From positions 448,001 through 512,000 of the forward strand of contig CAVSGI010000009.1 of NCBI GenBank assembly GCA_963727445.1: 64,000 bases of DNA, in the 5' to 3' direction. The stretch comes from an uncultured delta proteobacterium (GTDB lineage Bacteria; Myxococcota_A; Polyangia; Polyangiales; B10-G4). How positions within the stretch are numbered: the first letter of the stretch is position 1; every line of letters begins with the position of its first letter. Below, one piece after another: positions 61,906 through 64,000 of this stretch. The translations under genes and the position numbers were made by a program. The notes beneath the pieces were generated by a model. The model made no database searches, was not told the DNA's origin, and worked only from the letters and a program-made list of their open reading frames with translations.

Positions 61906-62556
61906 ATGAGCGCCGCCACGCCAACGACCACTCTCTTCCTCACACCCACCCAGGCCCGCCTCCGCGTGGTCTTCCGATTTTGGGGTTACCTCGCGCCCCA
62001 CGTCCTTCTGGCGCCGGCGCTCTGCTTCGGTGTCACCTTTCTTCACGAGATGGCGCACGTGGGCGCCGCGCTCTCGTTGGGCGGGGTGGTCACCGACTTC
62101 TCGTGGCTCCCCGGGCCAGCGAACCTCGGTCACATGCAATGGGAAGCGCCGGGAGGGGCCGACGCCTTCGACCACGCGCTGGTCAGCGTCGCGCCCTACC
62201 TCATGTGGTCCGTCTTCGCCCTGGCGGTGATGCTCCTCTCCTTCGTCCCCAATCGCTTCCACTGGTCGGTGGCCTCCACGCTCTTCGTCTGGGGGTACGC
62301 CGTGCCCATCGGCGACATCGCGGGAAATCTCTCCGCGGGCAGGGGTGACCTCGCCGCCCCCGGCCTCGAAGGACTGCTCGTCACGGCGGCTGGCTCGGTG
62401 GCGGTGCTCATCGCCTGGGGACTCGGGTGGCTCGTGCAGCGGCGGCTCTTTCCCGACGCCAAGCTGGGTGCGCTCGGCTACCTCGCCACCACGGTGGTGA
62501 TGGGCGGCGCATGGGGCATCGCGGCGGCGAGCGGTCTCGTCGCCGTGACGATCTGA
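61906..62556 (+). CDS. M50-like membrane metallopeptidase-family protein
   Basis: LHEMAH within a TM helix, 'VSVAPY', 'GD', multiple TM helices. Confidence 0.6.
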   Translation: MSAATPTTTLFLTPTQARLRVVFRFWGYLAPHVLLAPALCFGVTFLHEMAHVGAALSLGGVVTDFSWLPGPANLGHMQWEAPGGADAFDHALVSVAPYLMWSVFALAVMLLSFVPNRFHWSVASTLFVWGYAVPIGDIAGNLSAGRGDLAAPGLEGLLVTAAGSVAVLIAWGLGWLVQRRLFPDAKLGALGYLATTVVMGGAWGIAAASGLVAVTI

Positions 62557-62641
62557 GCGCCAAAAATGGACTTGTCAGCGAAAGAGCGGCGCCTAGCACC
62601 ATTTGTATGACACCGAACGAGTTTCTCATGGGAGGCGCTGC

Positions 62642-62992
62642 GTGACGCTTCCCAAGCCGTATGAGGTCGAGACGGGCGAGCTCTCCGCGCCGCCACCCGA
62701 GCACCACCCCCTCCTGCTCGGCCCCTTGGTGCGAAGTTGTGTCGTCCCCGAAGACGGCGCGGTCGTGATCGCTGGGGCGACGGCACGCATCGCCGACGAC
62801 GAGGCCCCCGAGCTCGTGGCGTCGAGGCTGCGCCTCACGCTCCTCGACAGATTCCTCGAGCGCGCGCCCAACGCGGACGCCGACACCTGGCAGCTCTTCC
62901 TGACGCGGGCGGCCGAGGTCGTCCGTTCGAACGAGCCTGTGGTGGGGGACGAGCTCTCGAGGCTGCTGACCCAGACCATCGACGGCCTCTGA
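62642..62992 (+). CDS. Hypothetical protein
   Basis: 116-aa ORF with GGGAGG RBS ahead of GTG 62642 and GC3-rich codons. Confidence 0.5.
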   Translation: MTLPKPYEVETGELSAPPPEHHPLLLGPLVRSCVVPEDGAVVIAGATARIADDEAPELVASRLRLTLLDRFLERAPNADADTWQLFLTRAAEVVRSNEPVVGDELSRLLTQTIDGL

Positions 62993-63000
62993 GCTGCGCC

Positions 63001-64000
63001 TCAGTGGTGGGTGGTGAGGAGCTCCGAGAGGCGCTCGAGGTCGAGGGGCTTGACGAGGAGCTCGTCGAAGCCCGCCCGGACAGCATCCCGCCGGTCCTGG
63101 TCCTGACCGTAGCCGGTCAGCGCGACGATCAGCATGTCGTCGCCACCCTCCATGTCGCGCACCTCTCGTGCGACGTCGAAGCCGGACATTCGTCCGAGGT
63201 CCAGGTCCAACAGGAGCACCTCCGGATGATGTGCGGCGACCTTTTCGAGGGCGCCACGCCCATCGAACGCGGTGTCCACGTGGTGACCGCGCTGGGCGAG
63301 CAGGAGGGCGACGGTTTCCGCCGAGTCGACGTTGTCGTCCACCACCAGGATGCGCCTCGAGGACGATGATTTCACGGGATGGGGTACCTTTCCGCTCTCC
63401 AGAGCGTCATCGACCAGGCGCGGCACGCGCACGGTGAAGGTGCTGCCCGCGCCTGGACCGGCGCTTTCGGCCGTCACGCTTCCGTCGTGGAGCTCCACGA
63501 GCTGCTTGACGAGCGGAAGCCCCAGCCCGAGGCCGCCCGAGCCTCCGCTGGAGCGTCGCTCACCCTGCGCGAAGGGGGTGAAGAGCTCGGAGAGAATCTC
63601 GTGCTCGAAGCCGACGCCGTCGTCGCGGACGGAGACCTTCACGTCGTCTCCATCCGGCTCGACGGTCACGCTGATGTGGCCTTCGCTCGGCGTGTACTTC
63701 GCCGCGTTGGTCAGGAGGTTCGCGATGGCCTGACCGAGGCGTGCGCGATCCCCTTCGATCCACAGTGGGTCGGGCGAGAGCTGGCATTCGAGCTTGTGAC
63801 CCCGTGACTCGATCAGCGGGCGAACCATCTCGATCGCGCGCAGCGTCACGTCTCGGGCCCGGATGCGTTCCTTGTAGAGGGTGAGCTTGCCGCGACTGAT
63901 CCGCGCCAGATCCATCAGGTCGTCGACGAGGCAGCAGATCTGCTCCACCTGACGGGACAGCACGTCGGTCGCGTGCCTGAGCGACGGAGGCAGCTTCGAC
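63001..64000 (-). CDS. Hybrid sensor histidine kinase/response regulator (5'-partial)
   Basis: LVDDLMD, NLLTNAAKYT, DDGVG, F.PF.Q, GLGLGL boxes. Receiver ILVVDD..LLLD..ALTG..KP. The frame is open to the window edge. Confidence 0.93.
   Translation of the reverse strand, partial: SKLPPSLRHATDVLSRQVEQICCLVDDLMDLARISRGKLTLYKERIRARDVTLRAIEMVRPLIESRGHKLECQLSPDPLWIEGDRARLGQAIANLLTNAAKYTPSEGHISVTVEPDGDDVKVSVRDDGVGFEHEILSELFTPFAQGERRSSGGSGGLGLGLPLVKQLVELHDGSVTAESAGPGAGSTFTVRVPRLVDDALESGKVPHPVKSSSSRRILVVDDNVDSAETVALLLAQRGHHVDTAFDGRGALEKVAAHHPEVLLLDLDLGRMSGFDVAREVRDMEGGDDMLIVALTGYGQDQDRRDAVRAGFDELLVKPLDLERLSELLTTHH

Overview
A 64 kb, very GC-rich chromosomal segment. It is most likely from a myxobacterium (Polyangiales/Sandaracinaceae-like). 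This is inferred from a MYXO-CTERM-type tail, many lipobox plus acidic 'DAG' linker lipoproteins, Cys-rich repeat proteins, and Ser/Thr kinases, FHA and PilZ proteins. About 47 genes are supported. Housekeeping: gltA and the mreB-mreC-mreD-mrdA-rodA operon with a coupled nitrilase-family gene. DNA repair: dinB with a candidate LexA box, a SWIM-SNF2 ATPase, an ATL, a Nei-type glycosylase, a frameshifted Lhr and a NUDIX hydrolase. The rest are signalling proteins and many secreted or lipid-anchored surface proteins. I saw no rRNA, tRNA, CRISPR, prophage or transposase gene. Best leads: (1) a translationally coupled pair of an 84-aa lipoprotein (acidic linker plus MVLIL tail only) and a cytoplasmic ferritin-like diiron enzyme, a possible peptide-modification system; (2) three dispersed paralogous beta-helix lipoproteins with conserved ends and divergent middles; (3) a 167-bp MITE-like element with 20-bp perfect inverted ends at CTAG, overlapping a -10 box; (4) a two-copy REP-like hairpin after CTAG stop codons; (5) about ten genes with TANNNT-N6-8-start leaderless architecture; (6) a doubly deleted tatD remnant; (7) a split HTTM pair. 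The frameshifts in lhr and in an alkaline-phosphatase-superfamily gene are all +1 insertions and probably reflect sequencing error. All family calls come from reading motifs; no database searches were run.
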